Source: Spirochaetota bacterium (GTDB lineage Bacteria; Spirochaetota; UBA4802; UBA5550). Taken from it: a stretch of 64,000 nt of DNA. Made by a program: the position numbers and the translations under genes. The stretch lies in contig OY760686.1 in assembly GCA_963663865.1 (NCBI GenBank), positions 1,280,001 to 1,344,000 of the forward strand, read 5' to 3'. This document shows, in pieces, positions 20,163-29,761 of this stretch. The notes below the pieces were generated by a model, which was not told where the DNA came from, did no database searches, and saw nothing but the letters and a program-made list of their open reading frames with translations. Within the stretch, counting starts at the first letter, position 1, and every line of letters starts with the position of its first letter.

Positions 20163-20422
20163 AGCTGTTATACTCAATTATTTTTTATACTGATTATTCA
20201 ATTTTACAAAGTCAAGAAAAATATAATTTGATTTTGAATACAGGGGGAAAGAGTTTGCAGATTAGTCCTGTTCGATAATTAAATTTAATATTCCAAAATA
20301 TTTCGTTGACAATATGGGGTTTAAACGGATTTTATTTGGTATGCATTCCCGTCGGCGCGGTGTAGCGTTTATTCGGAAATAGTTATTAGTAACTCTTTAG
20401 TTTCACCTGGAGTTTGAGTAAT

Positions 20423-21250
20423 ATGACCTTTTATGATGAATCATATCAGTCCCTTCTGCCGATTTTAATTGTTAATGTCGCTTTCAGCGTATTATTCCTT
20501 TATTACGCTGTGACTTATTCCAGGCGGCCGAAAACCCCCGAGGTTCTTGAGAGGCTTCATCGGAGCTTCCTGGGCGTATTCTTTCTTGAGTTCTGGTACT
20601 GGTTTATTGATCCAGCCGTGAAGTTTCTCGCTTTTCTGCGCATGACCCCGAATATGATAACAGCAATGTCTATTGTAATTTCCGCATATACTGCCTATGT
20701 GTTTCTTTCCGGTTCACTCGGTTTTGCCGGTTGGCTTGTTATAATTAGCGGGACTATGGACCTTCTTGACGGAAGGTTGGCGCGCAGTACCGGGCAGACT
20801 ACAAGGTCAGGTGCTTTTTTCGATGCCTGTACAGACCGTTTCAATGATGCAATTGTGTTTGCTGGAGCCGGACTGTATTTCATTTTTAAGGATTACGACA
20901 GGCTGACAGGGACTTTCAATGTTTCACCGCTTGATCTGACAATGCTCATCGTAGCTGTTTTCCTGATTATCGGTACTGAGGTAATGAGCTATTCCAAGGC
21001 CCGGGGCGAAGTTTACGGTTTCGTGACAAAGAGGGGACTCATGCAGAGACCAGAGAGGGTTGCTTTAATGGGGGGGCTTACAGTACTATATCCTTATTTT
21101 CGAATACTTGCAGTTGAAAACGGAGTGCATCCGGACATCTCACTTATGATTACGCTTGCCGTTATGGCAGTGCTGGTCAACTATTCAGCTGTTATCCGTA
21201 TAATTGATCTTTTCAGAAAGATCAGGGAAGAAGAAAGAAACAGAGCCTGA
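20423..21250 (+). CDS. CDP-alcohol phosphatidyltransferase, PI(P)-synthase-like
   Basis: TPNMIT, DLLDGRLAR..G..T..GAFFD...DR, SYSKARGE, GLMQRPER. Confidence 0.88.
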   Translation: MTFYDESYQSLLPILIVNVAFSVLFLYYAVTYSRRPKTPEVLERLHRSFLGVFFLEFWYWFIDPAVKFLAFLRMTPNMITAMSIVISAYTAYVFLSGSLGFAGWLVIISGTMDLLDGRLARSTGQTTRSGAFFDACTDRFNDAIVFAGAGLYFIFKDYDRLTGTFNVSPLDLTMLIVAVFLIIGTEVMSYSKARGEVYGFVTKRGLMQRPERVALMGGLTVLYPYFRILAVENGVHPDISLMITLAVMAVLVNYSAVIRIIDLFRKIREEERNRA

Positions 21251-21561
21251 AGGTATTTGCCGCATTACAGAGTACTATTTCAGCTTTTTATTTTTTTTAC
21301 AGCTAATCGAATCAGAACGGCTATTATTATGAAAGATAGGGCCGTTAAAGCGTCTGACAGCTCGAGGCTCCTGCAGTTTTCGCATGTGTAGCCTCTGTAT
21401 TCAGGAATCCCTGCCTTGAAGTTCATTGTTGCCTCCCTGCGAGCGGTTGAACCTCTATGACAACGGGACGGCATATTTGTTTCACACTTAAATTCAGGGC
21501 TATGTTACCAGAGAGATAACCGCGGTTCCTTTTCTGTAAATACTATCGTTGAGGTGATATT

Positions 21562-22263
21562 ATGAATGTTATTATTTTCGGTCCTAACGGAAGCGGAAAG
21601 GGAACGCAGGGAGCGGCTGTAAAGGATAAACTCGGCATCGCACACATAGAATCCGGGGTTATATTCAGGGACAATATTAAAAGCGGAACACCGCTTGGTA
21701 AAGAAGCTGAGTTATATATTAAAAGAGGCGAGCTTGTGCCTGATGAGATTACTATTCCAATGATTCTTGACAGGCTTAAGAAGCAGGACTGCTCAAACGG
21801 CTGGCTGCTCGACGGTTTCCCGAGAAATGTAAAACAGGCGGAAGCTCTTCATCGTGCACTTGCCGAAAGTTCCATGAAGCTTGATGCGGTGATTGAGATT
21901 GTCCTCAGCAGAGAGATTTCAAAAAACAGAATTATGGGAAGGCGCATCTGCAAGTCAGACGCATCGCATCCAAACAATGTTTTTATAGATGCAATAAAGC
22001 CGGTCGAGAAAAACGGTTCTGTGCAGTGCAGCGTTTGCGGTTCAGAGCTTATCACGAGGGACGATGATCAGGACGAAGCTGCGATAAACAAGCGGCACGA
22101 TATCTACTACAATGAAACGACGGGAACTCTCGCTGCCGCGGCTTATTTCAGAGACCGTTCAGGTTCAGAGGGCTTCAGAGTCATCACGGTGGACGGCCGG
22201 CCCGGAGTCAGAGATGTGACTGCTTCATTGATGTCGCAGCTGTCATCCGATGAATTGTCTTGA
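21562..22263 (+). CDS. adk: Adenylate kinase
   Basis: GPNGSGKGTQ, GELVPD, GWLLDGFPR, Cys/His-containing lid. Confidence 0.95.
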   Translation: MNVIIFGPNGSGKGTQGAAVKDKLGIAHIESGVIFRDNIKSGTPLGKEAELYIKRGELVPDEITIPMILDRLKKQDCSNGWLLDGFPRNVKQAEALHRALAESSMKLDAVIEIVLSREISKNRIMGRRICKSDASHPNNVFIDAIKPVEKNGSVQCSVCGSELITRDDDQDEAAINKRHDIYYNETTGTLAAAAYFRDRSGSEGFRVITVDGRPGVRDVTASLMSQLSSDELS

Positions 22264-22288
22264 CAGTCTATTTTGTCGGGTATATGAT
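22260..22288 (+). promoter_or_regulatory. sigma70 promoter for the 22341-27542 operon
   Basis: TTGACA (22260-22265), 17 bp, TATGAT (22283-22288). Confidence 0.7.
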
Positions 22289-22340
22289 GCGGCCTGAATT
22301 GTTTTAGATTAACTGCAAATTATTACGCTGAGGGGAAACA

Positions 22341-22724
22341 ATGAATATTATCAGGCTCGCGTATATTCTTCTCTCTGTCCCGGTGCTCGTCAATCTGTTT
22401 GTTTCTATCTTCCTATTTGCCGCAGGGACAACCCCGGAATTTACCGGTTATCTTGGGGGGGCTGCGGCGGGGGCAATGATGGCCTACTATTGGTTTTGGG
22501 AGATAATCAAGGCGTCTTCATCCGGCCCGATCAAGCTTTTTAAAATACTTGGCGCAGGATTCCTCATCAAACTTGTAATTATGGTGGCTGTCCTGGCTAT
22601 CGGAACCCGCTTCACATCTTTCAACCGCATGTATTTCGCTGCGGCCTTTCTTTTTTCTGTAATGTCAGCTTCTGTTGTTGAAATCTGGTACTTTGTGTCT
22701 ATCAGCAGGCTGGGAAAAAAATAG
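22341..22724 (+). CDS. Small 4-TM membrane protein, loosely AtpI-like topology
   Basis: GAGG SD; four hydrophobic helices; no atp genes nearby. Confidence 0.7.
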   Translation: MNIIRLAYILLSVPVLVNLFVSIFLFAAGTTPEFTGYLGGAAAGAMMAYYWFWEIIKASSSGPIKLFKILGAGFLIKLVIMVAVLAIGTRFTSFNRMYFAAAFLFSVMSASVVEIWYFVSISRLGKK

Positions 22725-22775
22725 TACAATTTGGCATCTTCACCGGAGATATTAGCGTCAGGAGAAACTGCTCGA

Positions 22776-24425
22776 ATGTCCGAAAAATTGAATAATCTCT
22801 CAAAAGACGAACTTATAAATATCATCACCAATCTTCAGATGAAACTCGGCGGTCCGGAAAGTTCGTTTGATGTGCCGGATGAACTTAAAATTGACTACTG
22901 CCAGCTTCTTGAAAGCGCGTCAGACGCGATATTCGTTCTCGACGGTTCCGGAAAGATTATTTTCATGAATTCATCATGGAATAAATTTATACCGGACGGT
23001 TTGAACATCACAAATGGATGCAGCCTTGCGGAACACATAGCCGGGCCAGATTCAGAACGAGCCCGGAAGCTTATCAGCGGAGTTCTTTCTGCAGGAAAGG
23101 CTGTTAATAATGAAGTGTTGAGAGTTCCGGATTCAGACGGAAATACTCTATATTTTAATGCCGCAATATCTCCTTTAAAAGAACCAGGAGGCAAAATTAA
23201 AGGCCTTCTCTGTGTATTAAAGGACAATACAGAGGGAGAGCTCATAAAGAAGAAACTTGCGGATAATACCCGCATGCTCGAAAACAAGGTTAAGGAACTG
23301 ATAAGCCAGCAGGAGCAGTTAAAGTCGCTCAGGGAGCTTAATGAGGATATAATAAACAATACTCCTCTTGGAATTTTCATTCTCGATATTACAGGAATAA
23401 TGCTTTCCGAAAACCCGGCTCTGAAAAAAATCATGGGACATGGCAAGGAGAGCCGTATCGGGGTAAATGTTGTTCAATATTCAGGGTTTGTGGATAGCGG
23501 CTTAAGCGCTTTATTCGAAAGATGTCTTGCAACGGCCGCTCCGGTGCAGAAGCAGAATGTTTCCTATGTTCCTATAGCAAGGGACAGAAATCTTACATTA
23601 GATGTTTATATGGATCCTCTCCTCGATGAGAAGGGTGAGGTTCAGCGCGTTGTCGTAATGGTTGAGGACAGAACCGAGCACGCGAAAATGGAGAGGATTG
23701 CCAAGAGAGCAGAAAGAAACTCAAGTCTCGGCAGGCTTTCGCAGGGCATAGCGAGGGAGCTCAGAAAGCCGATTGACAAGATGTATATGGATCTGAATTT
23801 TGTGTTCAATAATGTTGACAAAAACAGTCCGGCACTCGACTATGTTGTCTCGTTGAAGGATCAGCTGCATAGAATTAAGAACCTTTGCGAGCAGCTTGTT
23901 GCACTCGCGGATCCGGATGAGCAGGAGAAGGAGATTTGCGAAGTAAACAGCGTTGTTCTCGGTCATCCAATTGATATCCTTCTGGCAAGAATGAAGGAAA
24001 AAGGTTACTCGGTTGAAGTTAATATGCCTGAGAAGAGCCCGAGGATTAAGGCTACAAGAGGGCAGATTGTACAGGTTCTCTTTGACCTTATTGAAAATGC
24101 TCAGGAAGCAATGCCGGACTCCGGAAAGCTGACTCTGGCAGTTGCGACTGAGTCAGCACGGGATGCTGATTACGCGGTGATTACGCTCGCGGACACAGGG
24201 GTCGGTATCTCGGAAGAAAACATGAACAGGATTTTTCAGCCTTTTTATACAACGAAAGGGTCAGAGGCCACAGGGCTTGGGCTCATGATTGCTTCTCATG
24301 TAATCGACAATCTTGGGGGCTGTATGGCTGTTAAGAGCGCTCCGGGGCAGGGAACGGTTTTCAAGATTGCTATCCCTGTGGCGGAAAACGATCAGGCTGG
24401 TTTAAATGAGCAGAAAAGAGAATAA
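22776..24425 (+). CDS. Cytoplasmic PAS-PAS histidine-kinase homologue lacking the H-box His
   Basis: Two PAS domains; H-box reads GIARELRKPI; HATPase boxes NAQEAM, DTGVGI, IFQPFYTTK, GLGL. Confidence 0.85.
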   Translation: MSEKLNNLSKDELINIITNLQMKLGGPESSFDVPDELKIDYCQLLESASDAIFVLDGSGKIIFMNSSWNKFIPDGLNITNGCSLAEHIAGPDSERARKLISGVLSAGKAVNNEVLRVPDSDGNTLYFNAAISPLKEPGGKIKGLLCVLKDNTEGELIKKKLADNTRMLENKVKELISQQEQLKSLRELNEDIINNTPLGIFILDITGIMLSENPALKKIMGHGKESRIGVNVVQYSGFVDSGLSALFERCLATAAPVQKQNVSYVPIARDRNLTLDVYMDPLLDEKGEVQRVVVMVEDRTEHAKMERIAKRAERNSSLGRLSQGIARELRKPIDKMYMDLNFVFNNVDKNSPALDYVVSLKDQLHRIKNLCEQLVALADPDEQEKEICEVNSVVLGHPIDILLARMKEKGYSVEVNMPEKSPRIKATRGQIVQVLFDLIENAQEAMPDSGKLTLAVATESARDADYAVITLADTGVGISEENMNRIFQPFYTTKGSEATGLGLMIASHVIDNLGGCMAVKSAPGQGTVFKIAIPVAENDQAGLNEQKRE

Positions 24426-25917
24426 AACAATAGACGAAATATTTCAGGATAGCGGCTTTCTGCTCGTTTCTCAGGATGATGAGCCGGAACCTGAAACTGC
24501 GGCCGATCCGCATAGACTCGATCCTGCCGAAAGGGAGCTGCTTGACCATCTCAAATATATAGTCTCGAACGAAGCTTTTCAGAAAAACATTGTTTCGCCT
24601 CCGGTCGTGGAAGCTGTTCAGCCAGACAGGACGCCGGTTCAACCCAGAGATCGTAGAGTCGACGCTTACGATATCCCCGTTTTGATAGAATATCTGCTAT
24701 GGCATATCAAGCGGATTTGTTCAATCGTAATTGACAGAGAGGACATAGTCAAGCAGGCATTTTTTGCTATTTTAACCGGCGAACATATGCTTCTGCTCAG
24801 CCGTACGGGAATGGCCAAGTCATTTTTGGCTACATATATATTCAATACCTTTGAGGGCGCCCGGGTCTTTTCCGCCCAGGCAAGCAAGGATCAGACGCCT
24901 GATAACTATTTCGGGCCCTACAATATTGAGGAGTTTAAGAAGGGACGCATTAAGCACAATGTAATGGGTTCAGTAATTGAGGCCAATCTTGTATTCCTTG
25001 ATGAGTTTTTTGATGCCAGCGATGTGGTATTGCGTTCACTTCTTTCAGTATTGAACGAAAGAAAATTTATTAATGGACAGGAGCAGATTGACACCGCGGT
25101 ACATACTGCCGTGGCAACAGCAAATTATATGAGGCTCAATGAGGTCACTGAGGCTGTCCTCGACAGGTTTACCTATAAGGCCATTATCCCGGAGAACAGC
25201 AACAGCTATACGCAGTTTCTGATAGACAGGACCTACGAGTCTACGAGAGGGAATCCATCATATTCAGAAAAGAAGATTAACTTTGACCAGATTCTCTATC
25301 TGACCGACGTTATAAAAAACAGAAGCAAAGACCTCAGAATCGATTTTCCCGACATCATGTATTTCATGAAAAACGTTGTAGTAAACAGATTCGTGGGAGA
25401 GATGCGAAAGCATGATCAGGGTTACTTTATAAGCCCCAGAAAGACAGCAAAGCTTTCCGATTTTCTTAGAGCTAACGCACTCATGAACAACAGGTTTGAG
25501 GTACTCGTCGAAGACCTTGGCGAGATGTATATACCGCTGTGTACGGCAAACAGCTATATTTCAGTCAAGGCAAAGGACAAGTCTGAAAGAGACGTCTTTC
25601 TCGACACATTCAGGCAGACAATGACTCACTTCAGCGTGAGCGGAGCTTTCAACCAGGCTGAATTCCTGCTCAATGTGAGGAGGCTGTTCCAGGAGATGAA
25701 GGAGAATCCTGCAGGAAGGGATGTAATTCTTCAGCAAAAGGGCCTTATTGACGGGCTCGTCGGGATTCTGAAGAGATTATTCCCGGGCAGAACCAGGGCA
25801 GATGATTCTGTTTCGGTAGAATCGCTTAAAAGGTCGGTAATGGAACTCAATCCCGCGGTCGCTGAAATTGAGGAGCTGAAACAGGGCATACTTGTCGATT
25901 ACAGGGATATTCACTGA
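24406..25917 (+). CDS. RavA-like MoxR-family AAA+ ATPase
   Basis: Walker A variant SRTGMAKS, VFLDEFF, LLSVLNERKFING, AVLDRF. Confidence 0.85.
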   Translation: MSRKENKTIDEIFQDSGFLLVSQDDEPEPETAADPHRLDPAERELLDHLKYIVSNEAFQKNIVSPPVVEAVQPDRTPVQPRDRRVDAYDIPVLIEYLLWHIKRICSIVIDREDIVKQAFFAILTGEHMLLLSRTGMAKSFLATYIFNTFEGARVFSAQASKDQTPDNYFGPYNIEEFKKGRIKHNVMGSVIEANLVFLDEFFDASDVVLRSLLSVLNERKFINGQEQIDTAVHTAVATANYMRLNEVTEAVLDRFTYKAIIPENSNSYTQFLIDRTYESTRGNPSYSEKKINFDQILYLTDVIKNRSKDLRIDFPDIMYFMKNVVVNRFVGEMRKHDQGYFISPRKTAKLSDFLRANALMNNRFEVLVEDLGEMYIPLCTANSYISVKAKDKSERDVFLDTFRQTMTHFSVSGAFNQAEFLLNVRRLFQEMKENPAGRDVILQQKGLIDGLVGILKRLFPGRTRADDSVSVESLKRSVMELNPAVAEIEELKQGILVDYRDIH

Positions 25918-25928
25918 TTGGAGATTTT

Positions 25929-27542
25929 ATGGCCGGATATACTGACTCCATTCAGGCAGTTCCTTCTGATGTTATTGAATACGGGGAGACCCTCGGGCTC
26001 TTTGACTCAATCAGGATAAATCCCCCCAGAGGCTTTCACTTAATTTTCGAAATCGCAAGAACCGTTCTGACGGACAGACAGTCAGAGGCGTACAGGGCGG
26101 TAAAAGACCTTCTCGAAGAGGAGACTGAAACAGGTTCCGAGCGCGATGAGAATATTGAAGTCAACCGCATGGATCGGACATCTCCGCTGAGTGACAGGAT
26201 GGAGATTGAGACTTACCGGACGATTAATGACCTTAAAAAAGCCCTTCCAAGAGAGCTCGCGCAGGATGACGACATATTCAACGCAAAGCTTTTTACACGC
26301 ACCCTGCTTGTTGAACATTTTTACGAATCGGAGCGCGATACCTTCAAGTCAATCTCAACACGTGATGACGGTAGGCAAGCTAACAGCTTTGATCAGAAGG
26401 TTTACATTCTCCTGGACTGTTCACGTTCAATGGACTTCAAGAACAGGTCATTCTATTCAAAATGCCTTGTGGCTGAATTCATGAGACAGAAGATCAGAAG
26501 CAGGGCAAAAATATACTTTAGAACATTTCAGTCAAAGACAGGTCCGCTCTTCAAGGCCCTTTCGCATGAGGATTATCCGGCCATTATGGGGCATGTTCTT
26601 TCCTCTCCGACCGGCGGTAGCGGGACAGATATACAGAAAGCCGTGTTTCAGGCTGTCGATGACATGGACTATGACCGTGAGATGCTGAATTCAGAGATTC
26701 TTGTTGTAACTGACGGAGGAAGCAGGATAGACAGACAGTCCCTTAAAACGAAGCTCGGGGCGGTGAAGCTGAATATTCTCAAGATCGGGGACGAAAAGGC
26801 GCGATTGGATTATTACGAGCTGAAGAGTGTTTTTGAAAAAAGTGGAATCAAGTATGATCCTTCATCTTTTATCTCAAACGGAAGTGTAAACAGGGCGCGA
26901 AGCTCTGAGCCAATGGAAGAGCGCAGAGCGCAGAGGATCTTAAGCGATTATTCTGATTCGGTTTTCAGAGATTTGCGGGATATTTCATCCAGATATATCG
27001 AGATCGCGGATATTGATTCAGAATCACTTTCAGGGTCAATGTCGGATGAAGAGACCATTGCCATGTTGAACGCTACAGAGTCAAGGCTTAGAAACGCCTT
27101 TATAACATCTCAGCCCGACGAACTATTAGGGCTATACCGGCAGGTAGTTTTTTTTCAGCAATATCTTGATTCGATGAGACAGAACGGAAGTTCAATCGGG
27201 CATGGTCTTCAGCAGTTACTGGAAAGGGCCTCCGAACTAAAAAAGAAGATGCTTCAGAACCCAGGATTGCTGAGAGAGGTCCTTGAGACAGACGGGATGG
27301 GGGATGACAGAGCTGAACTAAAGCAGTCAATGAAAGAGCTGAAAAAAATGCTGAAAGAACAGGCGCTTAACGGCAGCAGGCTGACGGGTAAGCAGATGCG
27401 TGACGGTCGGCTGGTCTTTATGATGCAGCAGGGTCCCGGTAAGGGGAGGCCGGGCGAACTGCTGAGGCTTCTTTTTGTGAAGCTTCAGGACGCACTCGCT
27501 GCCATGCTGGCAGGAGCGGGCCTGCGGCGTAAAAAAAGATAG
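25929..27542 (+). CDS. VWA-domain protein, ViaA-like partner
   Basis: MIDAS DCSRS, GGSGTDI, ILVVTDG; helical C-terminus. Confidence 0.82.
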   Translation: MAGYTDSIQAVPSDVIEYGETLGLFDSIRINPPRGFHLIFEIARTVLTDRQSEAYRAVKDLLEEETETGSERDENIEVNRMDRTSPLSDRMEIETYRTINDLKKALPRELAQDDDIFNAKLFTRTLLVEHFYESERDTFKSISTRDDGRQANSFDQKVYILLDCSRSMDFKNRSFYSKCLVAEFMRQKIRSRAKIYFRTFQSKTGPLFKALSHEDYPAIMGHVLSSPTGGSGTDIQKAVFQAVDDMDYDREMLNSEILVVTDGGSRIDRQSLKTKLGAVKLNILKIGDEKARLDYYELKSVFEKSGIKYDPSSFISNGSVNRARSSEPMEERRAQRILSDYSDSVFRDLRDISSRYIEIADIDSESLSGSMSDEETIAMLNATESRLRNAFITSQPDELLGLYRQVVFFQQYLDSMRQNGSSIGHGLQQLLERASELKKKMLQNPGLLREVLETDGMGDDRAELKQSMKELKKMLKEQALNGSRLTGKQMRDGRLVFMMQQGPGKGRPGELLRLLFVKLQDALAAMLAGAGLRRKKR

Positions 27543-27546
27543 CCTG

Positions 27547-28518
27547 TCAGTATAGTTTTTTTGTGATGTACCACCGGGCAGTTTCAAGAATAATGTCAAA
27601 GTTGCTTTTTGCAGGCTCCCAGCCCAAATCTTTCTTTGCCTCCTGACAGTCAAGAATCATACTGTAGAAAAGATATGCAATATGCTCAGTGCTGAAAAAG
27701 TGAAATTTGAAGGGACGGTGAAGAAGAGAAAGAAATTCGGCTTTGACTCTGCTGATATGTCTTATCTCAGGGAATATCTTGAGTTCATCCTTTACTCTCA
27801 CGTACTGCTCAATCTGTCTTGGAACCCGGTCTGATCCGACGTTGTAAATCTTCCCCGCGGTTTTGCTGTTGTTAAATGCGAGAAAGATGGCCCGCGCGAA
27901 ATCATCTGGGTGCAGGAGCTGAAAACAGCTGTTTCCGTCTCTACCGACATATACCCTTGATTCGTCTGAAATGGCCGTTGCCAGGTACAATGTTAAAAGT
28001 ACAACAGGGTTTTCTGTTCCGGGAGAAATGGTAAGAGCCGGGCGGAATATCGTCAAGGCGGTGGAAAGGCCGGCAGATGCTTTGATAAGGGCGGCTTCGG
28101 CTTTGAGTTTGTCTTTGCCGTAACTCGATTTTGGCTTTTTCTTCTCATGTTCTCTTACCGGTATTGCTCCCGGCTTTCCATAAACAGAATACGATGATAT
28201 CTGGAAGAAAGCAGATGCGCCTGATTTGTCCGCTGCCCTGTAAAGCATGACAGGGACGTCTATATTCATTTTTCGCATTTTGCGGCGGGTGTTTCTTCCG
28301 TGTGATTTCATGTCCTGGAAGTGGACAACGGCTTTAACGCCGGAACAAAGCTTATTTATATCTTCCGGATTCAGGAGATCTGCCTGGAGGTATTCAGCGC
28401 CCGAAGGAAGTCCCTCAGGCCTGGAGTTGCCGCAGCACCTGATTCTATTTCCTGATTTTAAGAGCAGGCGTACGAGCGAAAGCGCTGACGGCGATGTTAT
28501 TCCTGTGATAAGTACCAT
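27547..28518 (-). CDS. NAD-dependent epimerase/dehydratase (extended SDR)
   Basis: VLITG, SS.SVYG, YGKDK (YxxxK), DLGWEP; atypical Gly motif. Confidence 0.8.
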   Translation of the reverse strand: MVLITGITSPSALSLVRLLLKSGNRIRCCGNSRPEGLPSGAEYLQADLLNPEDINKLCSGVKAVVHFQDMKSHGRNTRRKMRKMNIDVPVMLYRAADKSGASAFFQISSYSVYGKPGAIPVREHEKKKPKSSYGKDKLKAEAALIKASAGLSTALTIFRPALTISPGTENPVVLLTLYLATAISDESRVYVGRDGNSCFQLLHPDDFARAIFLAFNNSKTAGKIYNVGSDRVPRQIEQYVRVKDELKIFPEIRHISRVKAEFLSLLHRPFKFHFFSTEHIAYLFYSMILDCQEAKKDLGWEPAKSNFDIILETARWYITKKLY

Positions 28519-28600
28519 GCTGTATCTCCTATTGTATCATAACAGACTTCAGTATAATTGATTTTTTCTCAAAAGTAAAGTCTGTCAGTGTCCAAACTCA

Positions 28601-29527
28601 TTATTTATGATTGATGTTGTCAATATACCCGGGACTTGACAGAATACGGCCAATGTCTGTGGTCAAAAAGACTCCTTCGACTCTCCCCTGAATGTTCTGT
28701 CTTCTCACTGTTGAGAAGTTATAGCCGCTGCTCCTGTTGTCGGGAAGAATGAAATAGGTTTCTTCAGGAACCTCTCCGGAGAACTCGTCGGAATCCGGCG
28801 GCGGCAAAGTCACTGCGTATGATATGCCGAAGCCGCTCTCAATCAATATGGTCTCAGTGTTGCCGGGGTTTAAACTGTCTTTTATATGCTGTGGAAGCGT
28901 AGTTCTTTCAAGAGGCTGACCGTTTACGATAATAGCATCGGAGCTTATTGAGATAATATCCCCCCCCGAGGCAATAACCCTTTTGATTGTCTGAGAGCCC
29001 GACTCCCCGGTGAGAACAAGGTCTCCACGCTTCAATTTGAGCTTCGGGTATCTGTTGAGCAGAATTACGTCTCCGATTTTAAGGTGCGGAGTCAATGTCT
29101 CGCCGGAAAGCTTTATGGGGGTAACTGCAGTAAATGCGGCCGCAGCGGAGATTGAGTTGATAAGAATCGAAATCAGACAGAAAGCCAGAACAGCAACAGC
29201 CGGTTTACGGACAGGGAAATTTATTGCGTTCTGCTTTTTCATCTCGAAGTAAATAATTGCAGCCGACAAAGGCCCTGATAGGGATGACAGCGCTAAACAT
29301 GCAGAAGAAACGATTAGAGTATTAAATCCATTTTCCGGAACTGCCGCTGCAGGGATGAGCATAAGCGGAAAGAATCTTATTATCTGCATTGTTATGGCCC
29401 GTCTGATCTGTCCGGTGTAGAGATGTCCCGCTCCGGGAAATATGAATGAGAGAATTACCGCGTATACGGTTTTTGGCTTATGGTACACAACGGGAGCGAT
29501 TACCTGGTTTGTCAAAATATACTCCAT
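28601..29527 (-). CDS. Signal peptidase I (S26) homologue with N-terminal membrane domain, degenerate active site
   Basis: LSFIFPGAGHLY N-terminus; RGDLV, IKRVIA, VP...YFILPDNR, I.GRV. Confidence 0.75.
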   Translation of the reverse strand: MEYILTNQVIAPVVYHKPKTVYAVILSFIFPGAGHLYTGQIRRAITMQIIRFFPLMLIPAAAVPENGFNTLIVSSACLALSSLSGPLSAAIIYFEMKKQNAINFPVRKPAVAVLAFCLISILINSISAAAAFTAVTPIKLSGETLTPHLKIGDVILLNRYPKLKLKRGDLVLTGESGSQTIKRVIASGGDIISISSDAIIVNGQPLERTTLPQHIKDSLNPGNTETILIESGFGISYAVTLPPPDSDEFSGEVPEETYFILPDNRSSGYNFSTVRRQNIQGRVEGVFLTTDIGRILSSPGYIDNINHK

Positions 29528-29761
29528 TACAAAAAATACTGACGAAAATAATCATTAAATATACTGTCGCCGCAATTTCCCTGCACATGTAAGTAGTATT
29601 TCATTAATTAATGTACAAGTTACGCTGACAGTAATACTTGCTTCCCTGTACCTGCTGTTGTCAAATAATATTGATTGACGGAATGCCCGAACTCTGTTTT
29701 TCTGAGCCGGTAATTGCTTCCGGAGTTCGATAAATCGTCCGGATATGGAGGTCTTCTGTTT

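Noticed and set aside
21251-21561. Possible sRNA or 64-aa ORF between the CDP-alcohol transferase and adk
   Set aside because: Only one short imperfect hairpin, and the ORF has no SD or recognisable motif.
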